Source of the DNA: Candidatus Omnitrophota bacterium
Lineage (GTDB): Bacteria; Omnitrophota; Gorgyraeia; Zapsychrales; JANLHA01
Direction of reading: 5' to 3'
Assembly (NCBI GenBank): GCA_963662715.1
Contig: OY759724.1
Location: forward strand, 1,890,001-1,922,000
DNA length: 32,000 nucleotides
The notes beneath the pieces were generated by a model. That model worked only from the letters and a program-made list of their open reading frames with translations. It made no database searches and was not told where the DNA came from. Every line of letters begins with the position of its first letter. Position 1 is the first letter of the stretch. Position numbers and translations under genes: made by a program. This document shows positions 1-10,928 of the stretch, piece by piece.

Positions 1-85
1 GCTGGAAGAAAGCCAAGGCAGCGGCGGCTGCCAGTCAGGCAGAAAGTTCATAATAAGCTGGTTCATGCAAGCTTAAGGAGGAACT

Positions 86-475
86 GTGTGCCAAGAATTT
101 AGCGGGATGGACCGCAGGAAACATCCCCGGACAGAAGGAAATATCCCTGTTAAGATTTACAGCGATGATTTTGATGTCGTGACGGAAACGAAAAATTTAA
201 GCCGTGCAGGGGTGTATTGTCAGGTCGATAAGTATATTGAACCCATGACAAAGTTAAATATCCACCTGCTCCTTTCCTGTAAGAAAGACGGTAAGATTAC
301 GACAAAGAAGGTGTCTTGTCAGGGTGTTATTGTGCGCACCGAGTCCGTGCCTGGAACGGATATTTTTAATGTCGCGATATACTTTAATGAAATCAAAGCG
401 AGAGACGCGGAAAATATCGCGGACTTTGTTGAAATCATGTTGGATAAGAATTCCGACACCTCAGAGTGTTCATAA
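86..475 (+). CDS. PilZ domain protein (c-di-GMP-binding type)
   Basis: 129-aa ORF. RRKHPR (RxxxR) followed by NLSRAG (D/NxSxxG) are the two PilZ signature motifs. GTG at 86 lies just after AAGGAGG (75-81); ATG at 107 is an alternative start. Confidence 0.8.
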   Translation: MCQEFSGMDRRKHPRTEGNIPVKIYSDDFDVVTETKNLSRAGVYCQVDKYIEPMTKLNIHLLLSCKKDGKITTKKVSCQGVIVRTESVPGTDIFNVAIYFNEIKARDAENIADFVEIMLDKNSDTSECS

Positions 476-535
476 TAACGGAATATCGACAGGCTGTTTT
501 CTGTCTTTGCGTTTCCTTACATTTGGGAGTTTTAT

Positions 536-703
536 ATGGAAAGCGTATTGAATTTATCTCCGGCTCAAATGGTTTTTATGATGCTTTTACAAATGTGGAT
601 TTTTGTGATTTTCCCGGTTATTATCATTAAGAAGTTGAACTATATGACCGATCTGCTGGAAGGTCTTTATGTGGATAATGAGCAAGATGCCGGATCTATT
701 TAG
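536..703 (+). CDS. small hypothetical membrane protein (55 aa), below the ORF-track size cutoff
   Basis: ATG 536 is preceded by GGGAG (525-529). It translates to MESVLNLSPAQMVFMMLLQMWIFVIFPVIIIKKLNYMTDLLEGLYVDNEQDAGSI, with stop TAG at 701-703. There is one hydrophobic helix followed by KK. The ORF fills an otherwise empty gap in a compact plus-strand gene string. Confidence 0.4.
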   Translation: MESVLNLSPAQMVFMMLLQMWIFVIFPVIIIKKLNYMTDLLEGLYVDNEQDAGSI

Positions 704-750
704 GGATACCTGATCCTGTCGTTCGTCCCCTCCAAATTATTACTTCTGCC

Positions 751-1479
751 ATGATTGAGATCCTGTACGAAGATGATGATTATATGGTTTTTAACAAACC
801 GGCGGGTCTTCTCGTCATCCCTTCTCCCCGGCAAACGACGAATACTCTGCTTCATCTTGTCAACAGGATGAAGCAGCCCTTCGGCAAAGATTCTGCTCAA
901 ACGAATGTCGTCGCGGATAAGCGCAAACTGTATCCGTGCCATCGGTTGGACCGGGAAACTTCGGGGGTTATTCTTTTTGCCAAAGGGAAACGGAATCAGA
1001 AAATCATGATGGAATCTTTTCGCCGGCAGGAGGTGAAGAAAACTTACATTGCTTTTGTCCGGGGCCGGATTGCTCCTCTCCGGGGACGGATTGCCCTGCC
1101 CGTGAAAGACCGTTATGCCAAGGCCACGGTCAGCGCCGGTAAAAAAAGCGGCCATTTTGGGCAGATATCCCGGCCGGTTGAAAAAGATGCCGTAACGGAA
1201 TATTCTGTTTTGTCCGTGCTTGAATCTTTTTCCGTGATTCAGGTTTTTCCCAAAACAGGCCGTAAGAATCAGATCCGTATTCATTTTAAAAATATCGGAC
1301 ACCCTCTTTTGGGGGAACGGGTCTATGCTTTTCGAAAGGATTTTCCTTTGCATTTCAAGCGTTTGGCTTTGCATGCACAAACCTTGAACTGGAAACATCC
1401 CGTGTCCCGCAAAAGAATCAATGTGCGGGCGCCTTTGCCGGATGATATGCAGCAATTCTGGGACAAATATAAGACTTAA
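751..1479 (+). CDS. RluA-family 23S/tRNA pseudouridine synthase (no S4 domain)
   Basis: 242 aa. Contains the HRLDRETSGVILFAK catalytic-Asp motif and the C-terminal LHA..L motif typical of RluA/RluD-type synthases. Confidence 0.85.
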   Translation: MIEILYEDDDYMVFNKPAGLLVIPSPRQTTNTLLHLVNRMKQPFGKDSAQTNVVADKRKLYPCHRLDRETSGVILFAKGKRNQKIMMESFRRQEVKKTYIAFVRGRIAPLRGRIALPVKDRYAKATVSAGKKSGHFGQISRPVEKDAVTEYSVLSVLESFSVIQVFPKTGRKNQIRIHFKNIGHPLLGERVYAFRKDFPLHFKRLALHAQTLNWKHPVSRKRINVRAPLPDDMQQFWDKYKT

Positions 1480-1490
1480 AATATCTCTTT

Positions 1491-1820
1491 ATGAAAGGAC
1501 GGTACGGTTTGGATGCGATAACAGAAAAAAAGACTCTGAATGAATGGGCTGAACTATGCCATGCGATTGCCAGAGAGAAGGGGTTCTGGGATGAAGAAAG
1601 GAACATCGGTGAGGCCCTGATGCTGATTGTGACTGAACTGGCGGAAGCCATGGAAGCCCACCGGACGCAGGACGATGAGAATTTCAGGGAAGAGATCGCC
1701 GATACCTTTATTCGCTTGCTGGATCTTTGCGGGGGCCTTAAGATAGATATTGAAGGGGAGATTGAAAAGAAATCATTGAAAAATAAAAAGAGACCGTATA
1801 AACACGGAAAGATTTGTTGA
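1491..1820 (+). CDS. MazG-like nucleotide pyrophosphohydrolase (small all-alpha NTP-PPase)
   Basis: 109 aa. EALMLIVTELAEAMEAHR and EEIADTFIRLLDL resemble the paired EExxE/D metal-binding helices of MazG-like proteins. Confidence 0.65.
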   Translation: MKGRYGLDAITEKKTLNEWAELCHAIAREKGFWDEERNIGEALMLIVTELAEAMEAHRTQDDENFREEIADTFIRLLDLCGGLKIDIEGEIEKKSLKNKKRPYKHGKIC

Positions 1821-1896
1821 TCTTACGGGACCCTAATATCAGCGGAAGATCAGCCTGGGGGTATCATCCTTGTCCTGATTTGAGGTTTTTAAAGAT

Positions 1897-2370
1897 ATGC
1901 TGACAAAAAAATTGAGTGTGTTTATCTTTATTCTGTTCTTTGGATTTTGCGGCTGCGCCAAAAATTACGTGCCGCATTATCTTCAGAAACACCACCCGTA
2001 TATCCGCCGCTTTCACGGGAACTTTGAACTGTCCCGGACGGCCGTGACACAGGCTCTGCAGGATATGGGATGGACGATCTCCGAAGAGACGGAACCGGAG
2101 GTTTATGAACACCATCCTTATAACGACTTGGACGCTCAGCAGATTCTTTTGATTACAGACAAGAAAGAGATAAAGTCCTTCTGGGGACGGCGGTATTCCA
2201 TCGTTAATGTGTTTCTTCGGCATAAAAATAATGTCTCGGAAATAGAAATACGTATTATGAAGGGCCATTCCGTGTGGCTTAAGGAATTCCGGCGTTACCG
2301 TGATGATAAAACGGCCGACCGTCTGTTTGAAAGCATCGAACAAACGCTGGGGGGCAAGACCGTCCAATAA
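1897..2370 (+). CDS. hypothetical secreted protein or possible lipoprotein
   Basis: 157 aa. N-terminal signal-like segment KKLSVFIFILFFGFCGCAK with Cys residues at its end (not a canonical lipobox). No family recognised. Confidence 0.55.
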   Translation: MLTKKLSVFIFILFFGFCGCAKNYVPHYLQKHHPYIRRFHGNFELSRTAVTQALQDMGWTISEETEPEVYEHHPYNDLDAQQILLITDKKEIKSFWGRRYSIVNVFLRHKNNVSEIEIRIMKGHSVWLKEFRRYRDDKTADRLFESIEQTLGGKTVQ

Positions 2371-2437
2371 GGGCTGAGCGTGGATATGCCGCTTCACGGT
2401 GCACTCCCGCATCAGCCGCAGGCAATATCTATCCCTT

Positions 2438-4453
2438 ATGGAAAAATTCATACTTAAAAGCCCGTTTCGTCCTGTCACCGAACAAAGCGGCGCTATCGAT
2501 AAACTGGTCGCGCAGGTTGCGCAGGGGCAAAAAGCGCAGGTTTTGTTGGGGGTGACAGGAAGCGGCAAGACGTTCACTCTCGCCAACATGATCGAACGGC
2601 TTAACCGGCCGGTTCTGGTGATTTCCCATAATAAGACCCTGGCGGCTCAGCTTTACAGTGAGTTTAAAGGTTTTTTCCCGGACAATGCGGTTGAATATTT
2701 TGTCAGTTATTATGATTACTATCAGCCGGAAGCGTATATCCCGCAAACCGACCTCTACATTGAAAAGGATGCTTCCATTAATGACCGGCTGGACCGTCTG
2801 CGCCTGGCCGCGACAACCTCTCTTATGACGCGCCGCGACGTATTGATCGTGGCCAGCGTTTCCTGCATTTACAATCTCGGTTCTCCGGAGGATTATCGGG
2901 AGCGGCTGCTTTTTATCGAGAGCGGCCAGACGATGGACCGGGACGAGTTCATTAAACAACTCGTTGATATCCAATATGAACGCAATGATTATGATTTCTC
3001 CCGGGGAAAGATCAGGGCGCGCGGGGATGTCGTTGAAGTTTTTCCCGCCTACCGGCAGGACGCCTTAAGGATAGAATTTTTTGGCGATGACATTGAAAAA
3101 ATTTACCAGATGGATCCGCTGACCGGGGAGGTCAAGACCGTTCTTAAGAAGGTTGCCATTTATCCGGCCAAACATTTCATCGTGTCTTCTCCCCGGATTG
3201 AAGCGGCCTTGCAAGAGATTGAAAGCGAGCTTGAAGAGCGGGTCGCCTTTTTTAAACAGCAGGGGAAGCTGCTGGAAGCGCAGCGCTTGAATGCCCGGAC
3301 ACGTTTTGATATGGAGATGCTGAGGGAGATGGGCTATTGTCACGGGATTGAAAACTATTCCCGGGCCCTGTCCGGCCGGCCGCCGGGCAGCAGGCCGTAT
3401 TGTTTGCTGGACTATTTCCCGGAGGACTTTCTTGTTTTGATTGATGAATCTCATGTGACGGTCCCGCAGCTCAACGGGATGTATGAGGGCGACCGGGCCA
3501 GAAAAAAAACACTGGCCGAGTACGGGTTCCGGCTGCCTTCGTGTCTGGATAACCGTCCGTTGCGCTTTGAAGAATTCCTGCAGATTATCCGGCAGCGTGT
3601 CTATGTGACGGCCACTCCCGGCCCTTTTGAGTTCAAAGACAGCGGCGGGCAAACCGTTGAGCAGATCATCCGGCCGACGGGAATTATGGACCCGCCGATC
3701 ATCGTGAAGCCGACAGCCGGTCAGGTGGACGATCTGGTCGCGGAGACGCAGAAGCGGGCCCGGCGCAATGAAAGGGTTCTGGTTACGACTTTGACCAAGA
3801 GGATGTCCGAGGATTTAGCGGAATATTTACAAGAGCAGGGCATCAAGGTAAAATATTTGCATTCGGATATTCACACCATTGACCGGGCGAAAATCCTGCA
3901 GGATCTGCGGATAAAAAAATTTGACTGTTTGGTCGGCGTCAATCTGCTCAGAGAGGGGCTGGACCTCCCGGAAGTGTCCCTTGTGGCTATTTTTGATGCC
4001 GATAAACAGGGGTTTTTACGGTCCAAGACGTCCCTGATACAGGTGTCCGGCCGGGCGGCCAGGAATATTCATGGGCAGGTCATTATGTATGCGGACACGA
4101 TAAGCGCGGCCATGCGGGAGGCTATCCATGAATGCGAACGGCGCCGGGAAATTCAGGAGGAGTTTAACCGTAAACACAACATTACTCCGCGAACCATTGA
4201 GAAAGCCGTGACGCAGGGTATTGCCGATCTGGCCTATGAAGAGGCCGAAAAATTTGTCTGGGAGACGGCCGGGCAGGATGAGGCTGAATTCAATATCGCC
4301 AGCACCATAGCCGAGTTGGAACGGCAGATGGAACTGGCGGCCCGCAATTTACAATTCGAAAAAGCCGCGTTTCTTCGTGACCGGATTAAAGAACTGCAGG
4401 AAGGCGTAATCCCGGAACCGGAGCCCGGCCGGAAGAAAAAACACAGGCCCTGA
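2438..4453 (+). CDS. uvrB: excinuclease ABC subunit B
   Basis: GVTGSGKT Walker A, helicase motifs and a C-terminal UVR coiled-coil ([14 protein letters not shown]). I prefer ATG 2438 ([12 protein letters not shown]...), which gives a typical length of about 671 aa, over the track's GTG at 2399. Confidence 0.95.
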   Translation: MEKFILKSPFRPVTEQSGAIDKLVAQVAQGQKAQVLLGVTGSGKTFTLANMIERLNRPVLVISHNKTLAAQLYSEFKGFFPDNAVEYFVSYYDYYQPEAYIPQTDLYIEKDASINDRLDRLRLAATTSLMTRRDVLIVASVSCIYNLGSPEDYRERLLFIESGQTMDRDEFIKQLVDIQYERNDYDFSRGKIRARGDVVEVFPAYRQDALRIEFFGDDIEKIYQMDPLTGEVKTVLKKVAIYPAKHFIVSSPRIEAALQEIESELEERVAFFKQQGKLLEAQRLNARTRFDMEMLREMGYCHGIENYSRALSGRPPGSRPYCLLDYFPEDFLVLIDESHVTVPQLNGMYEGDRARKKTLAEYGFRLPSCLDNRPLRFEEFLQIIRQRVYVTATPGPFEFKDSGGQTVEQIIRPTGIMDPPIIVKPTAGQVDDLVAETQKRARRNERVLVTTLTKRMSEDLAEYLQEQGIKVKYLHSDIHTIDRAKILQDLRIKKFDCLVGVNLLREGLDLPEVSLVAIFDADKQGFLRSKTSLIQVSGRAARNIHGQVIMYADTISAAMREAIHECERRREIQEEFNRKHNITPRTIEKAVTQGIADLAYEEAEKFVWETAGQDEAEFNIASTIAELERQMELAARNLQFEKAAFLRDRIKELQEGVIPEPEPGRKKKHRP

Positions 4454-4504
4454 GGGCTTGCCCCCGGAGCGGGATGCTCCGGGGTATATAAGGAGTTGCA
4501 GAAC

Positions 4505-5332
4505 ATGACGGGGAAAAGCCATTTTAAGGGAAAAAATTATTATCTTATTGCTGTTGATATCGGCAATACGAGTATTCATCTGGCTGTTTTAAGAGGCGCC
4601 CGCCTTATCGCCGCAGAGGTGATTTCTTCCGGGCTGAAGCATAATGACATCAAGAAACGCATCTTGTCCATTTACCGGGTCTGGCTGAAACGATATCCCC
4701 AAATAAACGGGATTATGATTTGCAGTGTGGTTCCGGCTTTGACGCGGAAAGTCAAAACATTTTCGCAAACGGGCTGTTCGAAGACAATCCCGGTTGTCGT
4801 CATCGGAAAAGACATTGTCCCGCCGATTAAGAACCGGTACGCCATTCCTGCTCAGGTCGGTCAGGACCGTCTCGTGGTCGCTTTTGCGGCCAAATGGATT
4901 TATCAGCCTCCGTTGGTTGTCATTGATCTGGGGACCGCAACGACATTCGATGTTGTTTCGAAGAACGGGGATTACCTGGGAGGGCTTATCGTGCCGGGCA
5001 TTGAACTGTCCGTCAAGGCGCTTGCCCGGAATACCGCGTTATTGCCGCAGGTCAACATCCGCAAACCGAAAAAACTGATTGCGAATAATACAGAAGAAAG
5101 TATCCTGGGGGGATTATATTACGGCCATGCCGAAATGATTAAGGGCATCACCCGGCAGCTTAAGCGCCGGATTTCTCCGCGGACAAAAGTGATCCTTACG
5201 GGGGGGTATGTCGGTTTGTTTAAGCCGTGTCTTAGGCAGAATGTCGATTATGTGGATCACAATCTTATTTTTAAGGGAATGAGCTTGTTGTGGAAGCTGA
5301 TTTGCACCGCGGGGTTTCTTAAAGATAGGTGA
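4505..5332 (+). CDS. coaX: type III pantothenate kinase
   Basis: LIAVDIGNTSIHLAV and VIDLGTATTFD are ASKHA-fold motifs typical of CoaX. ATG 4505 lies 9 nt after AGGAG (4491-4495), so it is preferred over the TTG at 4496. Confidence 0.9.
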   Translation: MTGKSHFKGKNYYLIAVDIGNTSIHLAVLRGARLIAAEVISSGLKHNDIKKRILSIYRVWLKRYPQINGIMICSVVPALTRKVKTFSQTGCSKTIPVVVIGKDIVPPIKNRYAIPAQVGQDRLVVAFAAKWIYQPPLVVIDLGTATTFDVVSKNGDYLGGLIVPGIELSVKALARNTALLPQVNIRKPKKLIANNTEESILGGLYYGHAEMIKGITRQLKRRISPRTKVILTGGYVGLFKPCLRQNVDYVDHNLIFKGMSLLWKLICTAGFLKDR

Positions 5333-5353
5333 TTCTTTTCTTCAGTCCCTTCC

Positions 5354-5381
5354 CAGGGAGGTTATCCGCTCCCTGTTTTTC
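5354..5381 (+). terminator. rho-independent terminator after coaX
   Basis: CAGGGAG (5354-5360) pairs with CTCCCTG (5369-5375), followed by TTTTT (5376-5380). Confidence 0.65.
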
Positions 5382-5414
5382 TCGTCGATAAAATAATCTT
5401 TTTGAAAATAATGC

Positions 5415-5441
5415 TTGACAATAAAGGGGAATTTTTATAAA
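5415..5441 (+). promoter_or_regulatory. sigma70-like groESL promoter
   Basis: TTGACA (5415-5420) and TATAAA (5436-5441). The 15-nt spacer is shorter than optimal. The CIRCE element abuts directly downstream. Confidence 0.5.
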
Positions 5442-5468
5442 TTAGCACTCTGCTAAATAAAGTGCTAA
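5442..5468 (+). promoter_or_regulatory. CIRCE operator (HrcA binding site)
   Basis: TTAGCACTC-N9-AAGTGCTAA, compared with the consensus TTAGCACTC-N9-GAGTGCTAA (one mismatch). It lies about 55 nt upstream of groES. Confidence 0.9.
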
Positions 5469-5524
5469 ACAGGAAACAGGCATTAACCGAAACCCATTTA
5501 ATAATATTTTAAGGAGGTGCTGAG

Positions 5525-5821
5525 GTGAATATCCAACCATTAGCCGACCGAATTATCGTCAAACCATTAGCGGCAGAGGAAAAGACTAAGGGCGGGATCG
5601 TGCTGCCTGACACGGCAAAAGAAAAGCCTCAAGAAGGAGAAGTTGTGGCTGTCGGAAAAGGCAAAGTCCTGGATAACGGGAACGTTCAAGCTTTGGAAGT
5701 TAAAGTGGGAGATCATGTCCTTTACGGAAAGTACAGCGGAACAGAGATTACGACCCGGGAGGGGGAAGAAGTTTTTATCATGCGGGAGGACGACGTATTA
5801 GCTATTATTAAAAAGAAGTAA
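5525..5821 (+). CDS. groES: co-chaperonin GroES
   Basis: 98 aa with the typical PL.DR..VK......T.GGI.LP pattern. GTG start lies after AAGGAGG (5511-5517). Confidence 0.95.
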   Translation: MNIQPLADRIIVKPLAAEEKTKGGIVLPDTAKEKPQEGEVVAVGKGKVLDNGNVQALEVKVGDHVLYGKYSGTEITTREGEEVFIMREDDVLAIIKKK

Positions 5822-5906
5822 TCCTCACAGGGTGGCATCACGGAACAGTATCCGGGTGTCCGGATTCCCTGCATGCTTTTGGAAATAATTGGTGTATAAA
5901 TGCTGA

Positions 5907-7571
<1,665 letters not shown>

Positions 7572-7600
7572 TATCCGTTTCCCAAGAAAAACTGAAAAAA

Positions 7601-7627
7601 GGCAAGGACATGTCCTTGCCTTTTTTT
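7601..7627 (+). terminator. rho-independent terminator after groEL
   Basis: Perfect palindrome GGCAAGGACA/TGTCCTTGCC (7601-7620) followed by T7 (7621-7627). An A-run upstream suggests it could act in both directions. Confidence 0.85.
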
Positions 7628-7646
7628 CTTCCTTTTCACATTATTA

Positions 7647-7675
7647 TTGACATTATTCCCTAATTCCATTATATT
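7647..7675 (+). promoter_or_regulatory. sigma70-like promoter upstream of the IMPDH-like gene
   Basis: TTGACA (7647-7652), a 17-nt spacer, then TATATT (7670-7675). Confidence 0.55.
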
Positions 7676-7743
7676 AATGCAATTAATGAAAATGGGGTTT
7701 TTAATTTCTATTAAATCAATAATAATTAGGAGGTTTAAGGTAT

Positions 7744-8904
7744 ATGGCAGAATGGATTGGCATAGGTCGAAGGGCAAGAAGGTGTTATGGATTTGATGAA
7801 ATAGCCCTGGTGCCCGGAATGGTTACCGTTAACCCCAATGAAGTTGATACGACTTTTAAATTGGGAGGCATGAAATTCAATGTTCCTATCTTAGCCGCAG
7901 CCATGGATGGTGTTGTGAACGTGAAGTTTGCGATTGCCATGGGAAAATTGGGTGGTATTGCCGTTCTAAATCTGGATGGCGTGCAGACCCGTTATGATAA
8001 CCCTGAGGAGGTTCTGACCGAAATAGCAAATGCCACGCCGGAAGATGCGACAAAACTGGTGCAAAGCATTTATCTTAAACCTGTTAAGGAAAAATTGATC
8101 GCAACCCGGGTTGAGGAGATCAAGAAGGCCAATGTCCCGGCTGTTGTCAGCTGTATCCCTCAAAACGCCAAGAAATATGGCCAGATTGCCAAAGAAGCCG
8201 GCTGTGATATTTTTACCGTACAATCAACGGTCGCAACAGTTAAGCATATTTCAACAGAATACAAAGTCCTTGATTTGGAGAAGTTTTGTGCATCCATGAA
8301 AATCCCGGTTGTTATCGGCAACTGCGTAACTTATGCTATGGCTCTCGAATTGATGGAGATCGGGGCTTCTGGCATTTTAGTCGGGGTCGGCCCCGGGGCG
8401 GCGTGCACAACACGCGGTGTTCTGGGTATCGGCGTCCCGCAGATAAGCGCTACGGTTGATTCCGCTGCTGCAAGAGATTTTTATTACAAGAGAAAAGGAA
8501 AATATGTTCCGATTATTACTGACGGCGGCATGAGGATCGGGGGGGAAATCTGCAAGGCCTTTGCCGCGGGTGCGGATGCCACGATGGTGGGCTCCGCTTT
8601 TTCCAAGGCGGAAGAAGCTCCGGGGCAAGGCTGTCATTGGGGTATGGCAACATCACATGCGAACTTGCCGAGAGGAACGAGGATTCGTGTCGGCACAACC
8701 GGGACATTGGAAGATATCCTGTTCGGCCCGGCCAAAGTTGATGACGGTTCCCAGAATTTGGTCGGAGCTTTAAAGACATCCATGGGGTCTTTGGGCGCCC
8801 GAAATATAAAAGAAATGCATGATGTTGAGATTATTATTGCCCCCTCGATTCAGACCGAAGGGAAGGTGTTCCAGGTCGGGCAGCGGGTTGGGATGGGGAA
8901 ATAA
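7744..8904 (+). CDS. IMP dehydrogenase family protein, short CBS-less GuaB3-like type
   Basis: 386 aa. The N-terminus MAEWIGIGRRARRCYGFDEIALVPG resembles the GuaB3 / IMP_DH_rel_2 group. The catalytic-loop-like GVGPGAACTTRGVLGIGVPQ retains Cys. No Bateman/CBS insertion is present. RBS AGGAGG at 7729-7734. Confidence 0.75.
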   Translation: MAEWIGIGRRARRCYGFDEIALVPGMVTVNPNEVDTTFKLGGMKFNVPILAAAMDGVVNVKFAIAMGKLGGIAVLNLDGVQTRYDNPEEVLTEIANATPEDATKLVQSIYLKPVKEKLIATRVEEIKKANVPAVVSCIPQNAKKYGQIAKEAGCDIFTVQSTVATVKHISTEYKVLDLEKFCASMKIPVVIGNCVTYAMALELMEIGASGILVGVGPGAACTTRGVLGIGVPQISATVDSAAARDFYYKRKGKYVPIITDGGMRIGGEICKAFAAGADATMVGSAFSKAEEAPGQGCHWGMATSHANLPRGTRIRVGTTGTLEDILFGPAKVDDGSQNLVGALKTSMGSLGARNIKEMHDVEIIIAPSIQTEGKVFQVGQRVGMGK

Positions 8905-9059
8905 CGTTTTCTTATATTTCAGATACAAGATAGTCGGCAGCAAAAGAATTGATGGCCGCGTTGCGGCCTGTCCGAACGGGTGTTTTTCGGGAGAGAGACC
9001 CATATAATTTGAGGAAGGGGTCTTTTTAGTTTCAAAGTCAGTTAAACAAGGTGGTAAAA

Positions 9060-10784
9060 ATGAGAAAAGCAACAAAAAAATCCCAGGCAAAAAAAATACC
9101 TAAGAAAAAACAGACGGCCGCTTCTTCCCGCTCAAGATTGGAAACCAAAGTTTTCAAAAGGAAGGTGGTTAAGAAGAAAAAGCCTTTAAGGATAAGATTG
9201 CCCAAAGGTAAGAGTAAATTTACCGTGAAAATTACCAAGCCGCGCCATAAAGATCTTATCCTTGTTCTGGATTTTGGATCACAATACACTCAACTCATAG
9301 CCCGCCGGATTCGCGAAAACAAGGTCTTCAGCAAAATCGTCCCGTTCAATATTAATCCGGAAAAGATCCGCAAACTTAATCCTAAAGGACTTATTCTTTC
9401 CGGAGGACCGCTGAGTGTTTATGATAAGAATGCCCCTCTTCCTGACCCGGAAATATTTAAGATGGGGCTGCCGATTTTAGGTGTCTGCTACGGCTTGCAG
9501 GCGATCGCGCATATGTTTGGAGGGAAGGTCCAGAAGAGCAAGGAACGGGAGTTCGGCCAGGCGGAACTTTTTGTCGACAGCAATAAAGACCTTTTTGCCA
9601 ATATGCCGACAAATTTGACCTGTTGGATGAGCCATTCCGATATGCTGACGAAACTGCCGGCGGGATTTGTTTCTATCGCGCACACATTGAATGCTCCCAT
9701 GGCGGCTATGGCTAACAGGAATAAAAGGATTTTCGGGGTCCAATTCCACCCGGAGGTCGTTCACTCGCAAAGAGGCACCCAGGTGCTTATCAATTTTGTT
9801 TATCAGATTTGCGGCTGTTTGCCGCGCTGGACTATGGACAAATTCATCAACTCTTCCATGAAGCAGGTGCAGGAGACGGTCGGCAAAAAGAAAGTCGTCC
9901 TGGGGTTAAGCGGCGGGGTAGACTCTTCGGTGACGGCGATGTTAATGCAGAAGGCCATCGGGAAACAGCTGACCTGTATTTTTGTCGATAACGGTCTTTT
10001 ACGGAAGAATGAAGTGTCGTCCGTGCAAAAAACGTTTAAAGGTAATTTTAAAATGAACCTTGTCATCGTCGATGCGGCCAAGCGGTTCATGACCAGGCTG
10101 AAAGGCGTTGAAGACCCGGAATTGAAACGGAAAATCATAGGCGAGGAATTCATTAAAGTTTTTCAGGAAACGGCCAGGAAAATTAAGAAAGTGGAGTTCC
10201 TGGCCCAGGGGACTTTGTATCCCGATGTCATCGAGTCGATGTCTCCGCTCGGAGGGCCTTCAGCCGTCATTAAAAGCCATCATAACGTCGGCGGCCTTCC
10301 GAAGAGTTTGAAATTTGAACTCATCGAACCTTTGCGGGAATTGTTCAAAGATGAGGTCCGGGTGATCGGTAAGCACCTGGGGCTCCCGGACTCTCTTATT
10401 CACCGGCAACCCTTTCCCGGTCCGGGTTTGGCTGTGCGCATTATCGGCGAAGTCACCGAGGAGCGTGCCGCCATCTTGCGGGAGGCGGATGAGCGTGTTC
10501 TGGAAGAAATCAAAAAGGCCGGCTTGTACCAGGAAATCTGGCAATCTTTTGCCGTCCTTTTGCCGATAAAAACCGTTGGCGTTATGGGGGACCAGCGGAC
10601 CTATGAAAATGTGATTGCGATCCGCTGTGTGTCCAGTGTGGACGGGATGACGGCGGATTGGGTCAAGCTTCCCTACGAACTTTTAGGCAAAATCGCCAAC
10701 CGGATCATCAACGAAGTGTCCGGCGTCAACCGGGTTGTCTACGATGTCAGTTCTAAGCCGCCATCGACAATAGAATGGGAATAA
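9060..10784 (+). CDS. guaA: GMP synthase (glutamine-hydrolysing) with a Lys-rich N-terminal extension
   Basis: GATase catalytic [10 protein letters not shown]-PPase P-loop [11 protein letters not shown], and C-terminal [11 protein letters not shown] 9060 lies 5 nt after AAGGTGG (9048-9054). An alternative internal GTG at 9225 would give a canonical protein of about 519 aa. Confidence 0.9.
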   Translation: MRKATKKSQAKKIPKKKQTAASSRSRLETKVFKRKVVKKKKPLRIRLPKGKSKFTVKITKPRHKDLILVLDFGSQYTQLIARRIRENKVFSKIVPFNINPEKIRKLNPKGLILSGGPLSVYDKNAPLPDPEIFKMGLPILGVCYGLQAIAHMFGGKVQKSKEREFGQAELFVDSNKDLFANMPTNLTCWMSHSDMLTKLPAGFVSIAHTLNAPMAAMANRNKRIFGVQFHPEVVHSQRGTQVLINFVYQICGCLPRWTMDKFINSSMKQVQETVGKKKVVLGLSGGVDSSVTAMLMQKAIGKQLTCIFVDNGLLRKNEVSSVQKTFKGNFKMNLVIVDAAKRFMTRLKGVEDPELKRKIIGEEFIKVFQETARKIKKVEFLAQGTLYPDVIESMSPLGGPSAVIKSHHNVGGLPKSLKFELIEPLRELFKDEVRVIGKHLGLPDSLIHRQPFPGPGLAVRIIGEVTEERAAILREADERVLEEIKKAGLYQEIWQSFAVLLPIKTVGVMGDQRTYENVIAIRCVSSVDGMTADWVKLPYELLGKIANRIINEVSGVNRVVYDVSSKPPSTIEWE

Positions 10785-10860
10785 ATTTCATCTTCTGCCC
10801 GTTATCTTTCCTGCCGACGACTGCTTAGCCCCGTTTCATTTTATCCGTTGAGAAATAATG

Positions 10861-10869
10861 TGATATAAT
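10861..10869 (+). promoter_or_regulatory. possible extended -10 promoter for dnaE
   Basis: TGATATAAT (TGnTATAAT) lies 60 nt upstream of the dnaE ATG. No good -35 at proper spacing. Confidence 0.35.
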
Positions 10870-10928
10870 AAACGCCGGTGCTCAGGCACAGTGTTTAGAG
10901 TTTTAACGGCGTCATGGGTTAATATCTT

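Noticed and set aside
1-53. Possible 3' end of an upstream plus-strand gene (...WKKAKAAAAASQAESS*, frame 3).
   Set aside because: Only 16 codons are visible and no motif is present. This is too little to call.
700-1455. Long minus-strand ORF (251 aa) antisense to the pseudouridine synthase. Similar antisense ORFs occur at 1864-2589, 2429-2974, 3065-3652, 11457-12455, 12603-13175, 19376-19744 and 21344-21913.
   Set aside because: Each lies entirely inside a plus-strand gene with unambiguous conserved motifs. Their translations are low-complexity or Arg/Pro/Gly-rich with no recognisable motifs. They are shadow ORFs.
2399-2437. GTG 2399 as the uvrB start (track ORF), TTG 4496 for coaX and GTG 17607 for the LysM gene.
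   Set aside because: In each case a downstream ATG (2438, 4505, 17616) has better RBS spacing and gives the canonical N-terminus. The upstream codons overlap or abut the RBS itself.
4461-4485. Hairpin CCCCGGAGC/GCTCCGGGG directly after uvrB as a terminator.
   Set aside because: No U-tract follows, and the coaX RBS starts within 10 nt. It may be a stabilising stem, but it is not a convincing intrinsic terminator.
7630-7743. Possible purine riboswitch upstream of the guaB-like and guaA genes (also considered for 8905-9050), and a T-box upstream of hisS (14751-14871).
   Set aside because: No purine-riboswitch core or T-box consensus (for example the AGGGTGGNACCGCG-like motif) could be found by eye. 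The regions contain only promoters and simple hairpins.
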